Positions 1 to 11,864 of a stretch of DNA of 64,000 nucleotides are shown here, piece by piece (position 1 is the stretch's first letter; each line of letters begins with the position of its first letter). A program made the position numbers and the translations under genes. The notes under the pieces were generated by a model, which had not been told where the DNA came from, ran no database searches, and saw only the letters and a list, made by a program, of their open reading frames with translations. This stretch comes from Camelus dromedarius. Taxonomy: Eukaryota. Location of the stretch: positions 97,714,001 to 97,778,000 of the forward strand of contig NC_087436.1 of NCBI RefSeq assembly GCF_036321535.1, written 5' to 3'.

Positions 1-469
1 ATTGATATATAAAAAGCATCATTTCTTTCTTGTGTGATATAAACTTGACTCATTCTCCCTCCCTTCTCTCTTCTCTCTTCATTTCTTAGTGTATTATAAC
101 CATAGATAACTTCATGTGAAACTATATTTTCCCCTTTTATTTTCTGAAATGACAGAAGGGGAAACTTTAACTTCTATTTTATACCAAATTACTTGTAAAT
201 AATATTTAAAAATACTTCTTTAATTATAGAGGAAAAATTATTCGTAACACAGCTGCACCATCAAACAAAACCACTTAAGAACACTTGTACATTGATTCAG
301 TATACTGTGCTCTATCTTTCCTTGTCTGTAAGACAGATAAAGATACATAAATCCACCTGGATGGCTTCTATGCTAGACCACAGCAAAGCACCAAAAAGAG
401 ACTCTTACATAATTTTGAGGACTACTGAAAACTATTAATTGGCTTATTGCTATTAAAATATCTGACAAA

Positions 470-975
470 ATAGTGCCAGGTAAGTTTTGCTGCATGACAA
501 AAGATCCCCAAATGTGTCGCTTACATTTTATTTTCATTCATGATTGATCTGCGTGATGTTTTTCCTCTTGAAGTTCAGCTGATTTCACCTGGGTTCACTC
601 CTGGGCTCCCTACAGACTTGGGTTAGCTACTGACTGGCTTTGCCCTGAATGGCCTCATTTACATGTTTTATATTTGATGGATTTTGTCTGGAACAATGGT
701 GGTACTCATCATCCAGCAGGCTAGCCTGGACTTGTCACATGGCAGATGGATTCAAGAAGCTAGTAAGAGGGCAGGCCTCAAAGTCCTCAGACTTTAAAGG
801 TTTTTGCCTGTGTCAAAGTGGCTACTTTCCATTGGTCAAAGCAAATGACAAAACCTTATCCAATTCAAGGGGCAGGGAAAGTCTTCACATTTTAACGAGA
901 GGCACTATAAAGTTTCATTTCACGTGTGATAATATGTGAAACATAAGAATTTTTGGCCACTTTTGTACTCTACCA
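470..975 (-). mobile_element. MaLR solo LTR (MLT1G/H-like), old
   Basis: Reverse complement of the right end reads TGGTAGAGTACAAAAGTGGCCAAAAATTC, resembling an MLT1H-type 5' end; internal motif catccagcaggctagcctgga is typical of antisense MLT1. Boundaries approximate. Confidence 0.65.
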
Positions 976-2044
976 AAATATCATAACTATATTTGAAATA
1001 TTCTGTTTTCTATTTTAAAATTAAAACCAACTGTTTTGAATTTAAAAGGAATTAAAACTGTGATTCAGATTCAGATATCACAAATTATAATGCAATTTAC
1101 ATTATATACATGTACATATATACAAGTTTATAAAAACACCTGTTGTTTAGCAAACTACTGGAGTGACATTTGCATTTGATTTGGCATTTGTTTTATAGGT
1201 TTATTGGTACTTAGATTTTGGGGGGAATTTTAATTTAAGGGTGAATATGCTTAGTTAAATATTTAATATTACTTATTTTTTATATTTTTAAAATTAAATA
1301 TCAAATATTTTTATATGAAAAAACTCTAAAATTTTGGAGTTGTTTGTAGTAGCTGAAGAACTAAATTAAGATGATTTATTCAGATTCCTTTTTAATACAG
1401 ACTAAACATTCATAGAACATTGAAGTGTTAAGTCTAAAGAACACAGAGGATCCATGAGAAGGCCAGCTGCCTAGACAGGTCTACACCCTGATGAAATCAA
1501 GAGGGATTGGCTCCTTACTCACCGGGCTACAAAACAGCACCTGTCAACATCATAGACCTGTAATCATGTTAAGAATGAGAATAATACTAGCCTTCATTTC
1601 TTAGGGCTATTAAGGGAATAAAAGTATTTGGAAAAATATAAATTATTATAAAATGACATATTTATATTATCTGATTCTTAATCATATATAGTATATTTAA
1701 TATGACTAACAGCTTGGTGTTCTTATTGACTTGAGAAAAAAGGAGGTCCCATCTATATAATAATATCAATACATTTAAAGCTTCATATAGGGCAGATAAA
1801 TATTTTATGAATTATTTTGGTGCTTTAGGAATATTACAATGATATTTAAAATGTACAGTACATAGAGATGTCATAATTAATGAATTATTGTTAGATAGAC
1901 TAATTTTGTTGAGGCCAATCTAACCATTCTTAGTCAATTACTGAGAGTTAGAGTTGTAATAATCAAATAGTCTTTGCTATTAGAGTTTGAGATTTCTGTT
2001 TCTTCAGTTGTGGTTCCTCATTTCCATAATTACAGAGACTTGGC

Positions 2045-3285
2045 ATAAGTGGACTTAAACATCTAATAGACAGCAATACATTTAAATGGCAGAAACCAAA
2101 TTCTTGTTATATTCTCACATTCATCCTCAAAGCTCTCCTTTCCCCATTTCCCCAACTCCATATATGCCACTCCTGTGCTCCTAGATGCTCAATGTAAACC
2201 CAGGGAACCATCCTTGAATCCATTGTTTTTCTCTTGACATCTAGACTTTAGCAAGTCTTATTGTCTGTACTGTCAAAATGTATTCTAAATCCAACCACTT
2301 CTCTCTATCCTCTCAAATAATTCCAAACCATCATCTCTCAGCTGAAGTACTGAAAACCATACCAAAAGATCTCCTTGCTTCTATTTTTGTCTTAGTACAT
2401 CACCTATTTAGCATCTAGAGTAACTTTATTAAAAATAGTAAAGCAGATCATGTTATCCTCTATTTCAGCATTGTCCACTATCTTCCCATCATACTTAAAA
2501 TATGAATCTAACTTCTTTATCAGACTCACATACATAGAGAACAAACTTATGGTTACCAGGGGGGAAAGGAGTAGGAAGGGATAAATTGGGAGTTCAAGAT
2601 TAGCAGATACTAACTACTATATATAAAACAGATGAACAAGTTTCTCCTGTATAGCACAGGGAACTATATTCAATATCTCATAGTAACTTATAATGAAAAA
2701 GAATATGATAAGGAATATATGTATGCATATGTATGACTGGAACATTATGTTGTACACCAGAAATTGACACAATATTGTGAACTGGCTATACTCCAATTAA
2801 AGAAAAATTCTTTTTTAGGTCCCTAGAGGCTTGCTCAGCCTGGTCCCTGTTGGCCTCTGTGATCCCAGGTCCCATAGTCCCCTTGTTCATAGCAATGTCC
2901 ACATCACTCTAGCCAAGCTCCTGCCTTCTTCAAGAGCTAGGACACTCTGGCCCCAAGTGTTCACACAACTGGCTTTATCTCATTATTTAGGCTTTAGATC
3001 ATAGATTGCCTTAAAAAAAATGCCTTTTCAGACCAAGCTAAAGAATCTTAGGCCTCAGATATTTACTGTCTAACATATTACATTATTTATTTTCTTACTG
3101 TCCTTACCAGTAACTTCAATTATCTTATCCAATTATTAGTTTATTGTTCAATTTCCATCTCTGTAACAATGCGGAGAGAGAGATCTTGTCTGCTGTCATT
3201 CTCCCTGTAATTCAGTTCCTAAAACAGTGCTTGCCAAATGTGTAAAAAATACAATGCATGTGTAGAATGATAAGTTAATGACTAT
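2045..3285 (+). mobile_element. LINE-2 3' portion, interrupted by an L1 fragment at 2521-2806
   Basis: L2-like motifs (catccttgaatccatt, atccaaccacttctct, gcagatcatgttatcctc) and an L2-type tail (aacagtgcttgcc...gaatga). Confidence 0.7.
2521..2806 (+). mobile_element. 5'-truncated L1, 3'UTR only (camelid/artiodactyl type)
   Basis: cagactcacatacatagagaacaaacttatggttaccagg...acaccagaaattgacaca...caattaaagaaaaa; closely similar to the 3'UTRs at about 19540-19848 and 26385-26688. Confidence 0.9.
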
Positions 3286-4139
3286 TTCTTTTTCTTTGTG
3301 GAAAAAATGGCTAGATTTCTGCCAAATCACTTTCTTTACTGGTTTACCATGCAAAAATACCCAAGTCCAAAGACATTTTTGTAAACATTTTTCATATGAA
3401 AAAGACAGACAGAATGATCTGTGGAATACTCCTTGCTTAGAACTGAGAGATTAATTTTAGTTTAAAAATGCAGTATATATAACATTTATCACTTCATCAG
3501 AAAATTCACTCTTATATTTTCAATTACTCTTCAATAATTGAGCAATACTTCATCAGTCATTACTAATAGCTTTCTAGTCAACACAACATAATTTTGCCAT
3601 AGTAACCTTAGTTATCAAAAGATTATTGCATTCATATGAAATAGCAGTACCCTACGTTAGTTTCAGACCATTTCCCAATTATATTAGTATCTTCTAAATG
3701 GAGAGAATTATTATAGGAAAGAGGCATTTTTGTATATAAAGGCTTTTAAATACATGATTGATGTCTAATCTGATTATAAAATGACCATGCTTTAATCATC
3801 TTTTGCTGTCCCAGGTGATACCATAAAGTCATACAGAAATATATCAAGAAACAAAAATTTATGAATATGAATTGATAAGAATGGTTTGCAGAACTTCCTT
3901 TAAGGGGTTAACAATAGGGAAACTGGCTTAAACATTAATAAAATGAAGAATGGAAATGTTGTGCAAATATTTTGAAATAAATGCTATTTAACACATGAAA
4001 TGATTTAATCTCAAATGTCATGTTTAATGAAATGTTCATATTTAATGGTTAACGTTCAGAAATACTGACTACTCAATGAGCTATCATAGTCTGGGATAGC
4101 ACCCAGCAATTACCTTTGGCTGTGAAACAGCTTCTTCAG

Positions 4140-4250
4140 CTGCCAGTTGTTGGTGACCTTGGGAAAGTCACACAGTATTTCTGAAATTCAATTCCTTCTT
4201 TGTAAAATGAGGGTATGGATTATGCTTTTCTACAGCAATCTTCCCATGCC
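4140..4250 (+). mobile_element. MIR fragment
   Basis: Core motif gtgaccttgggaaagtcac...ttccttctttgtaaaatgagg. Confidence 0.65.
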
Positions 4251-4599
4251 TAGCATTATTTGTATCTCTTTGACCTCTTCCTCTGCATTACTTATTTTTG
4301 CCTTTCATGTATTAAATTTTATTTTTAGCATTGACAATTGTGCTCTGACTACCTGTGCTGTACACTTAATTTGAGGTTTGAATTTTTGTCTGCATTCCTT
4401 GCACACAGATCCACTTCATTTTCATTACAGCTTTCGTGTCCTTTAGAGACATTTTCTATATGAGACAAAATTAAAATCCTCTTTCCTTTAGAAAACATTT
4501 CTCATAGACATAAAATATGAATGCAAAAATAACAACTGCTGAACTTTCATTTTTGCTAAGCTTTTAGGCTATGATGTAAACATACACACGTACACACAT

Positions 4600-4770
4600 T
4601 AACTATTTTCTTACAACCACAACATTTGTATTACTGTTCAAGTGTGCATATGACAAAAATGAGGCTTATAATGATCAGGTAATTTCTTATCCAAAGTTAC
4701 ACACTTCCTATGTGCTAAAGCCAAGATATAGAGGTTTCTCTGGTTCTAAAACTCATGTTGTTAGGCATTA
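4600..4770 (-). mobile_element. MIR fragment
   Basis: Antisense core atgacaaaaatgaggctt...ttatccaaagttacac...aagccaagat. Confidence 0.55.
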
Positions 4771-5518
4771 AACGCCACATTTGCCAACTCTGTATTAATC
4801 TTTTTTTCCTGCCTTTTTAGAGCAGTGATCTTTCACTGACATATTTTATATAATACATCCATATACTTTAAAAGAAATACATCTCTTGGAAGAAGAAACA
4901 TCTTCAAGATTATTGTTTGCCAATTATCAGAGTGTGGGTGTTTCCACATCACTGATTATCTTGTTTCTTCTATGATAGTTTTATCAGCTCTTACTTTGGA
5001 AGGGATAGCATTTAACTCAGACAAATAATGAAATCTGTAGTGTCAAGCAGGTGTTCAGAAAGGATCATTCTGCTTAACTGAGGCAGGATATTTTCCTCCA
5101 GTTGTCTACTCTCTTGAAACATAAAGTAATTTTTCTGATTGATTTGAAAAATGTATTTTCAATGTCTTACTAGAAATATATATTTTTTATTACATTTCCT
5201 GATGTCATTCCTTTGAACTGTCTTTCTGCCTTTGCCACAACTGACTGGTTTACTTTTAATCCAGTCTGAAATCTGCCAGCCCACTCCACAGAGATTCACT
5301 TTTACTATTACCTGGGCTGAATTGAGTACTTTAGATGTCTAAAACTTCTGATGTAGAGAGGAGAAAATTTGACTTCCTTTCCTTCTGAAGACCGGCTTCT
5401 GAATAATTGCAGAAGTTGGCTCAGTGATGTAGCTCTAAGCCTCTGATACTGGGGTACAAAGCAATTCTAAGTCTTACCTTGAGGGAACTTTGATCTCTTT
5501 TAGAAGTCTAGATATTAG

Positions 5519-5964
5519 TGTAGCTGGTTGAATTGTGTGCCCTCAAAGATATGTTTGAGTCCTAATTCCTGGTACCTGTGAATGTGACTTTATTTGAAAA
5601 CAGGGTCTTTGCAGATGTAATCAGGTTAGGTGAGGTGATACTAGATTAGATGGTTCTAAATTCAATGACTGATGTCCCTATAGGAAAGGAGAGGGGACAC
5701 AGAGTATGCCATGTGAAGACGGAAGAAGAGATTGAAGTGATGTAGCTACTAGTCATGGAATGTCAAGTATTCCAGGGGGCCACCAGAAGCTAGAAACAGG
5801 CTAGGAAAGATTCTTCCCTGAAGCCTTCATGGGGAGTCTAGCACTACTGATACTTTGACTTCACACTTCCAGTCTCCCAAACAGTGAGGGAATATATTTG
5901 TATTTGCTTAAGCCACTTATTTAGAGGTAATTTATTTTTATGAGTGCTCTAGGAAACTAACACA
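5519..5964 (+). mobile_element. MaLR solo LTR (MLT1C-like)
   Basis: TG...CA ends; ttgaattgtgtgccctcaaagatatg, gggtctttgcagatgtaatc, caccagaagctag, ending ctaggaaactaacaca. Confidence 0.9.
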
Positions 5965-6900
5965 GTCAGCAACCTGTATTTCCTCAGCTTTGAGCAGCCA
6001 CCTTCCTTGACACTATCCTTCTTAAAATTTAAAAAACTGTCTAATCATATCCTCGAATTTCTGTACTATTATGACTTTGTATCCTGGAATGCCTCATGAG
6101 TATTTCTTTTCATTCAAAGACATGTAATTGGGTGCATCTATTGGTCACCACAAATTTGAAGTGTGATAGTTACGTTTTAATGTAAAAAATATAGAGTGAA
6201 CATCTATGTTATTTTATAGATAGCTTAAAGCAGGTTGACTTTCAAAATCACAAAATATACACGTAGTATTTTATTTCACATATTTCAAAGCATACGTATG
6301 CAGACAAATAAATCCATTTAATTACACTCAGATTCTTATTTGTTTGAATAGTATTCCAGTTTTTTACCTGTAAGTATTTATTTGTCTAAAGGATGATGGA
6401 AATTCATAGTAATATATGCAAGTGGGCCATATATGTTTACATATGTGTATATACATCTGCACAGATTATTAGGATGTATCAGACATTAGATAGATGAGAG
6501 AAAGAGAGAGAGAAATAGAACATCATAAATTGGAAAAAATAGTTCTCCTAAGCCATAATGACTAGCCCAAATAATAAAGACTTGAAAATTGAAACTTTAT
6601 GAAATTTCTATTTTTAGAGAATTACATTTGTATTAGTTTCTCACTATTCAGGGCACTATAATACAGGAGACAACTGAAAAAAAAGAAAAAAGAGGGGAGT
6701 AGAAAGCCTTCCAACAGCTATATTGAGCCAAAGCTTTGGACTATATATGTATACTATTTAAATTAATATTTAATCAAAGGCACTACAACAAAAATTAATT
6801 TATGTTTGCTGTAGCTGCTGTCAGGATTTCTGCTGCATTCTCACCCAATAGAAAGCCAAAGCTTTGTTCACCCAGGGTTTTGTTTTGTTTTGTTTTTCAG

Positions 6901-6960
6901 GCTTCCTTGAAGAGACACCTCATTAGAATGGCCTCAAAAAGGAGACGGAAGGAGGCCTGA
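6901..6960 (+). CDS. Candidate last coding exon of an unidentified gene (phase-0 translation ASLKRHLIRMASKRRRKEA*)
   Basis: Strong acceptor (gttttgttttgttttgtttttcag ending at 6900); non-repeat segment with higher GC; 19 codons then TGA; AATAAA at 7156-7161. Protein not recognised and no upstream exon found in the window. Confidence 0.4.
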   Translation, partial: ASLKRHLIRMASKRRRKEA

Positions 6961-7155
6961 CTTGGGAGTTCAGCCCTCACAGCAAAAACCGGGGGCCCGG
7001 AGACCATGAAGGAGTGTGTCCTCGTGCTGCAAGTGTGGGCATGTGATTAACTTCGCATGTTTATATGATGTTTACCTTTGCACATCTTATTCCATTATCT
7101 TCTAACAATTTGATCATGGACTGAGTCTATTGATTGATTGATTTTTCTTGACAGC

Positions 7156-7161
7156 AATAAA
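7156..7161 (+). terminator. Candidate polyadenylation signal AATAAA for the putative terminal exon
   Basis: AATAAA about 195 nt after the stop codon, with T-rich sequence downstream. The hexamer is common in AT-rich DNA. Confidence 0.3.
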
Positions 7162-8129
7162 TTTTTTATGCCTAGGCTCTAGGAAGATTTTTCTTTTAAC
7201 TTTTATAGAAAACAAATTGTCCTTCCATTCAGATATGATTTTCTGTATTAATCTGTGTTATCTCAATGAAAATATTTTACACCCTAATTTTCCCCATGTG
7301 AGATATAGCTGGCCAATCCCATATATTGCATGGCCTCTGTCTTTTCCTCCATAATTTTGCCTTTTGTCTCTGCATTCTGAGGCATTGTTTTCAAGTAGAC
7401 CCTCCACATCACTGATTCTTTTTTCTGTGCTACCAATTTGTTCTTTATTTCTGCTTCATTCTTTGAATTCAGAATAACTGTCAGCAGTGGTACCACATTC
7501 CCACATGACAACAGTTCAGTGGAACTCAGAGGTGATTCTTCCCTTTAGATGAAACAAGCCTTCACGTCCCAGAATGTCGTAGTCTCCACTATCCCATTTA
7601 TTCTTGGCCTACTTAATCTATGAAACCTTCGATCATTTTCACTTTCCTCATTTTTTTATCTTTCTGGAGAAGAAAACTGTATGCCACATAATTTAAAAAA
7701 ATATACTTAACAAGCAAATAATACCAAAAGCCTTTCTATTGATTTGATGTACATTTACATGAACAATGGCCTAAACCGTTAACTAAAGGAAGTTTGCAAA
7801 ATCAAAGCCTTGGCCAAAACTATGATGTTTTACTGCCATTTAATGCCATTATGTGTTTACTACGTGAAATAAGAAAATCAGATAATCACTGATATGAAAC
7901 ATGGAGCAATCAGAAAAATTAGTTTTTGTGCTAACATACTAGAATTATTCCAAAAATTCTAAACATGAGGAAAATTTCACCAACATTCCTGGAAGATACA
8001 AACATGTTTTTCCTAAAATTGGTAACAATAAAAGCGTCTTCAAATAAAGATGGCTCAGAAGTCCTTTTAAAAAGTTTTAATAGATTTAGGACTTTTCCTA
8101 AAGGCTATCAGTTGCTTCTGTTTGTTTTT

Positions 8130-8797
8130 GAAATCAGGAGCTCAAAGAGACATATGCACCCATGTTTGTCGCAGCATTATCATGATAGCATAGATGTGGA
8201 AACAACCCTAATGTCTATTGCCAAAAGAATGGTTAAAGATGTGGTGTATACATACAACAGAATATTATTCAACCTTAAAAAAGGAGGTAATTCTGCCATT
8301 TGTGACAACATAGACGAACCCAGAGGTCATGCTAAGTCAAATAAGCTGGTCACAGAAGGACAAACACTGCACAATTGCACTTATACAAGGTATCAAAATA
8401 GTCACACTCATAGAAGCAAAGAGTAGAACGGAGGATGCCAGGGGTTTAGGTGAGGAGGGAGAGGGGAATCGTTGCTCAGAGGGTATGAAGTTTCTGTTCT
8501 ACAAGATGAATGAGTTTTAGAGATCTGCTGCACAACATAGTGCTGACAGTTCACAGCACTGCATTGTGCACTTCAAAGTACATTAAAAGGTTAGATCTCA
8601 TGTTGTGTTTTTAACACAGAAACAAAAAAACAGGCAAACCACACAAGGAAATTTTTGAAGGTGATAGATATGTTTAGTATTTTGATTGCAGTGATGGTAT
8701 CATGGGTGTCTGCACATGGCCACACTCATCAAAATGTATGCATTAAATGTATGCAATTTTGTGCATATCAATTATACTGCAATGAAGCTTAAAAAAT
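8130..8797 (+). mobile_element. Old L1M (L1MA10/L1MB-like) ORF2 end and 3'UTR
   Basis: caaagagacatatgcacccatgttt, tgtgacaacatagacgaacc, cacagaaggacaaacactgc, gagatctgctgcacaaca, tail caattatactgcaatgaagcttaaaaaa. Confidence 0.85.
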
Positions 8798-9243
8798 GGG
8801 TTCTCATGGCATGTTGTAAATATTAGCTCATCTTCATTTACAAGATAAATCTTTGATTATATGGAAGTGCTTCTGGATAGAACATTAATATTCCTAAAGA
8901 TTCTGATGATGATTTTAGTTCTGTATTTGTAAATAAACAATATAAAGCTTTCATTTAAATAATAATATTATATTCTTTCTTCTTAAGCTTTGAAGTTGTC
9001 TCTGTTTTTTTTGCACTTGAGAGATACAGGATGCCAATTTCATTAGTTGTGTTGATTCTAACTATATTATAAAATCATATAATTCTAATCAAAATTTAAG
9101 CTGGAAGATACTGTAAAAATACAAACCATTATTAAGATTTTATCATGATCTGGGAATACTTAAATTTTAACATTTCTCATATTCGAAATTACACATGCTA
9201 AGTATGATACAAGAGTACACATTACCAGTGATATGACAAGCAT

Positions 9244-9395
9244 TGAGGGGGAGAGTGCAGCTCAAATGGTAGAGTGCATGCTTAGCATGCATGAGGCCCT
9301 GGGTTCATCTCCAGTCACTCCTCTAAAAATAAGTAAATAAATAAGCCTAATTACCTCCTCCCTCCCCCCAAAAAACTAAAAGATAAGTTTACAAA
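9244..9395 (+). mobile_element. tRNA-derived SINE (camelid vic-1-like)
   Basis: Pol III A/B-box-like cagctcaaatggtagag and gggttcatctcc; A-rich tail; perfect 15-bp TSD tgatatgacaagcat at 9229-9243 and 9396-9410. Confidence 0.9.
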
Positions 9396-11189
9396 TGATA
9401 TGACAAGCATAACAAATACATGTTCATATTATAAATTGTGTATGCAGATGCATTTTTTGTTAAAATTCAAGCATAACAATAACTAAATATAGACTATGTC
9501 AGTAATTAAGACCTGTAATTATTAAAATATATTGATATGTTTAATTTTGAAGTGTTAAATATACTATATATAATTCTAGTTATCGTAACACATATAATAC
9601 ACCATAAATACCTGTGAAACACTAGTAGAAAATTCAAAATTCAGAGAATAGATACTAGGGGTATCAAATATTAAAGTGTGTTAAAGGAAATGAAAATTAA
9701 ATATGATATTTCATATCAATTTATCCAATTCTTTTAACAAGGCTTTGGTGGAACAAGCATGTTCAAACATCGTTCTAGCTCTATAAGTGTATATAATGTA
9801 GAGTTATAATGTAGAGTTATAAATAGCATAAGAGTTTTTGATATATATTATATTTATTTTCTAAAAATATTGTGTACATTTATAGACATTATAAATAAGT
9901 AATTTTCATTAATTCAGACATATTTTTTCAAAGTGAGTCTTAAGTGATGAAATCAATTACATTAACTAAAGTTATTTTCCAGCATCTACAATCTTTGCAC
10001 TGAAGTCTTACACTTTGCATTAAAACATAAAAAGTTATACAAAACAAGTGAAAATATTAACCTGTAATTTGCCATACTTATTAATACTCAATATTTTGTT
10101 CCACAAACATATTTAACCTGTGTTTCTAGAAAATATACTTGGTTTGTACATTATAGACGAATAAAAAGTAGCAAATATTTAAATTCTATGTGGATAGGAA
10201 CTTGTGAAGACAATATTAAGATCTGATTTCATATCTCTGAGTGTTCTAATTTCTAGGACTAAATTATGTACTAAATTATTAAATTACATTTTTAGGTTTT
10301 TGGAAAATAAAAATTACATTTAAAACTACCAAATTTTTTTCTGTTATACACTGAGCATTTGTCATTCATTATATTCTCACTATAATATTCTAACTTTATT
10401 AAGTATTTAATCCATCTTTCAAAGGAAAGTTAAAATATACCATATGATTATCAAATAATGAAGCATTTATTTAGTTCCAGTTTTTAATCACAAAGTCAAA
10501 ACAATAGCAATTTACAAAAATGATTTTCAGATTTTTCTGATAACAGCATAGAGAGAAGCACTAAAACATGTAATGTAAGCAAAATGATGAACTAGTTTAA
10601 ATCTATATTAGTTGGCAGAAATGCATTTTTTCAGGATCCTATGAGTCACCTAGGGGTGGTTTCAGGGTTCTAAGAGGTATGATTCTAGAGTATAAATAAT
10701 TTATTATTTCTGTCTTACTAAATCATATTCTAACTCATTTCCATTAGGTTTATAAACTGCATTTTAATATAATTTTAATGTCAAAAAACAATTTTTGGTG
10801 CCTTTTGGAGTTCAAGGTATGGGTCTAAAGGGATATAATGTGAGCAATTATAAGTGGTCTAAAATGTATAGTCCTTATACCCACACATTTTTCTTATTGC
10901 TCCACAGTGATGATGCAGAAATTCTTAGTACAGGGGAGATACTTAAGAGACAATGCCTGTATAAATATTTTGTCATTTTAAAGCAAATTAGTATGTCAGA
11001 TTGGAAAACAGGCCCTGCTAAGATCATGAATCAAGCAACACAGTGTAGACTATTCAAAACAGTGAGAAGATAAAATGTGGAGTGTCTGAATCAGGCTTCC
11101 AACCACAAATTTTCATATTAGCTTTTAGCTTCTCTTGCTGTTTACCTTTCCAATCTGACAGTTTTACCAATTGAATTGATTGATTTCTT

Positions 11190-11355
11190 TTTTCTTTGTA
11201 TGATTATTTGATGATTACACTGAATTGCAATCCTCATACAAGCAGGGACCATAACCTCTTCTGTCCTCTGTTGACCATTGTGTATCCTGAGTCTTTTTCC
11301 AGGATACAGCAAACACTCAGTTATTGGTTATTGCATGCATGTTTGAGTGGGTGGC
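11190..11355 (+). mobile_element. L2 3' end fragment
   Basis: tgaattgcaatcctcatacaagcagggacc...accattgtgtatcctgag...acactcagttatt. Confidence 0.55.
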
Positions 11356-11817
11356 CATATCTGTAAATATAGCACTGTTGAAAAACTGCATTTCAGTACT
11401 TGCTATAATATATGACTACTTTCTAAATGCTTCTTCCACAAACTTTCATTCTCAAATAAAATTTATGGGAAAAGAGAAATTTGGAATGTTAAAGTTTATA
11501 TTATGAGCAAACTTTGAAGAAGACACCTATTACTAGAAAATATATGCATATGGTTTAATCCTAAGAATGAGGAGGGACATGATATGCTTTACTTTTGTTT
11601 GAAGGAAGACATGCTCACAATGAATTTATTATTCCTGAAACTCTCAGAATAATTAATAATACCATCAAATGCACCAGCATCAGAACATCCTTGTCTACAC
11701 CCTCTACCAACCACATAGCTTTTCCTTGTTTATAATAATTCACATAGTATAGCTTCAGAAATAATGGAATTTGATATAAAAAAATCATCCCAATGCTAAT
11801 TATAGTATTTACAGTAG

Positions 11818-11864
11818 AGTACAGAAAACACTAGAAAACACAGAAAACACTAGTACAGAAAACA
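11818..11864. repeat. Short imperfect tandem repeat of (t/c)agaaaacac-type units
   Basis: agtacagaaaacactagaaaacacagaaaacactagtacagaaaaca. Confidence 0.7.

Noticed and set aside
7965..8520. 153-aa and 63-aa ORFs
   Set aside because: They mostly overlap an old L1 3' end and are chance open frames.
9244..9325. tRNA-Ala-like sequence as a tRNA gene (also at 22234, 26745, 28847)
   Set aside because: A-rich tails, TSDs and degenerate stems indicate SINE copies.
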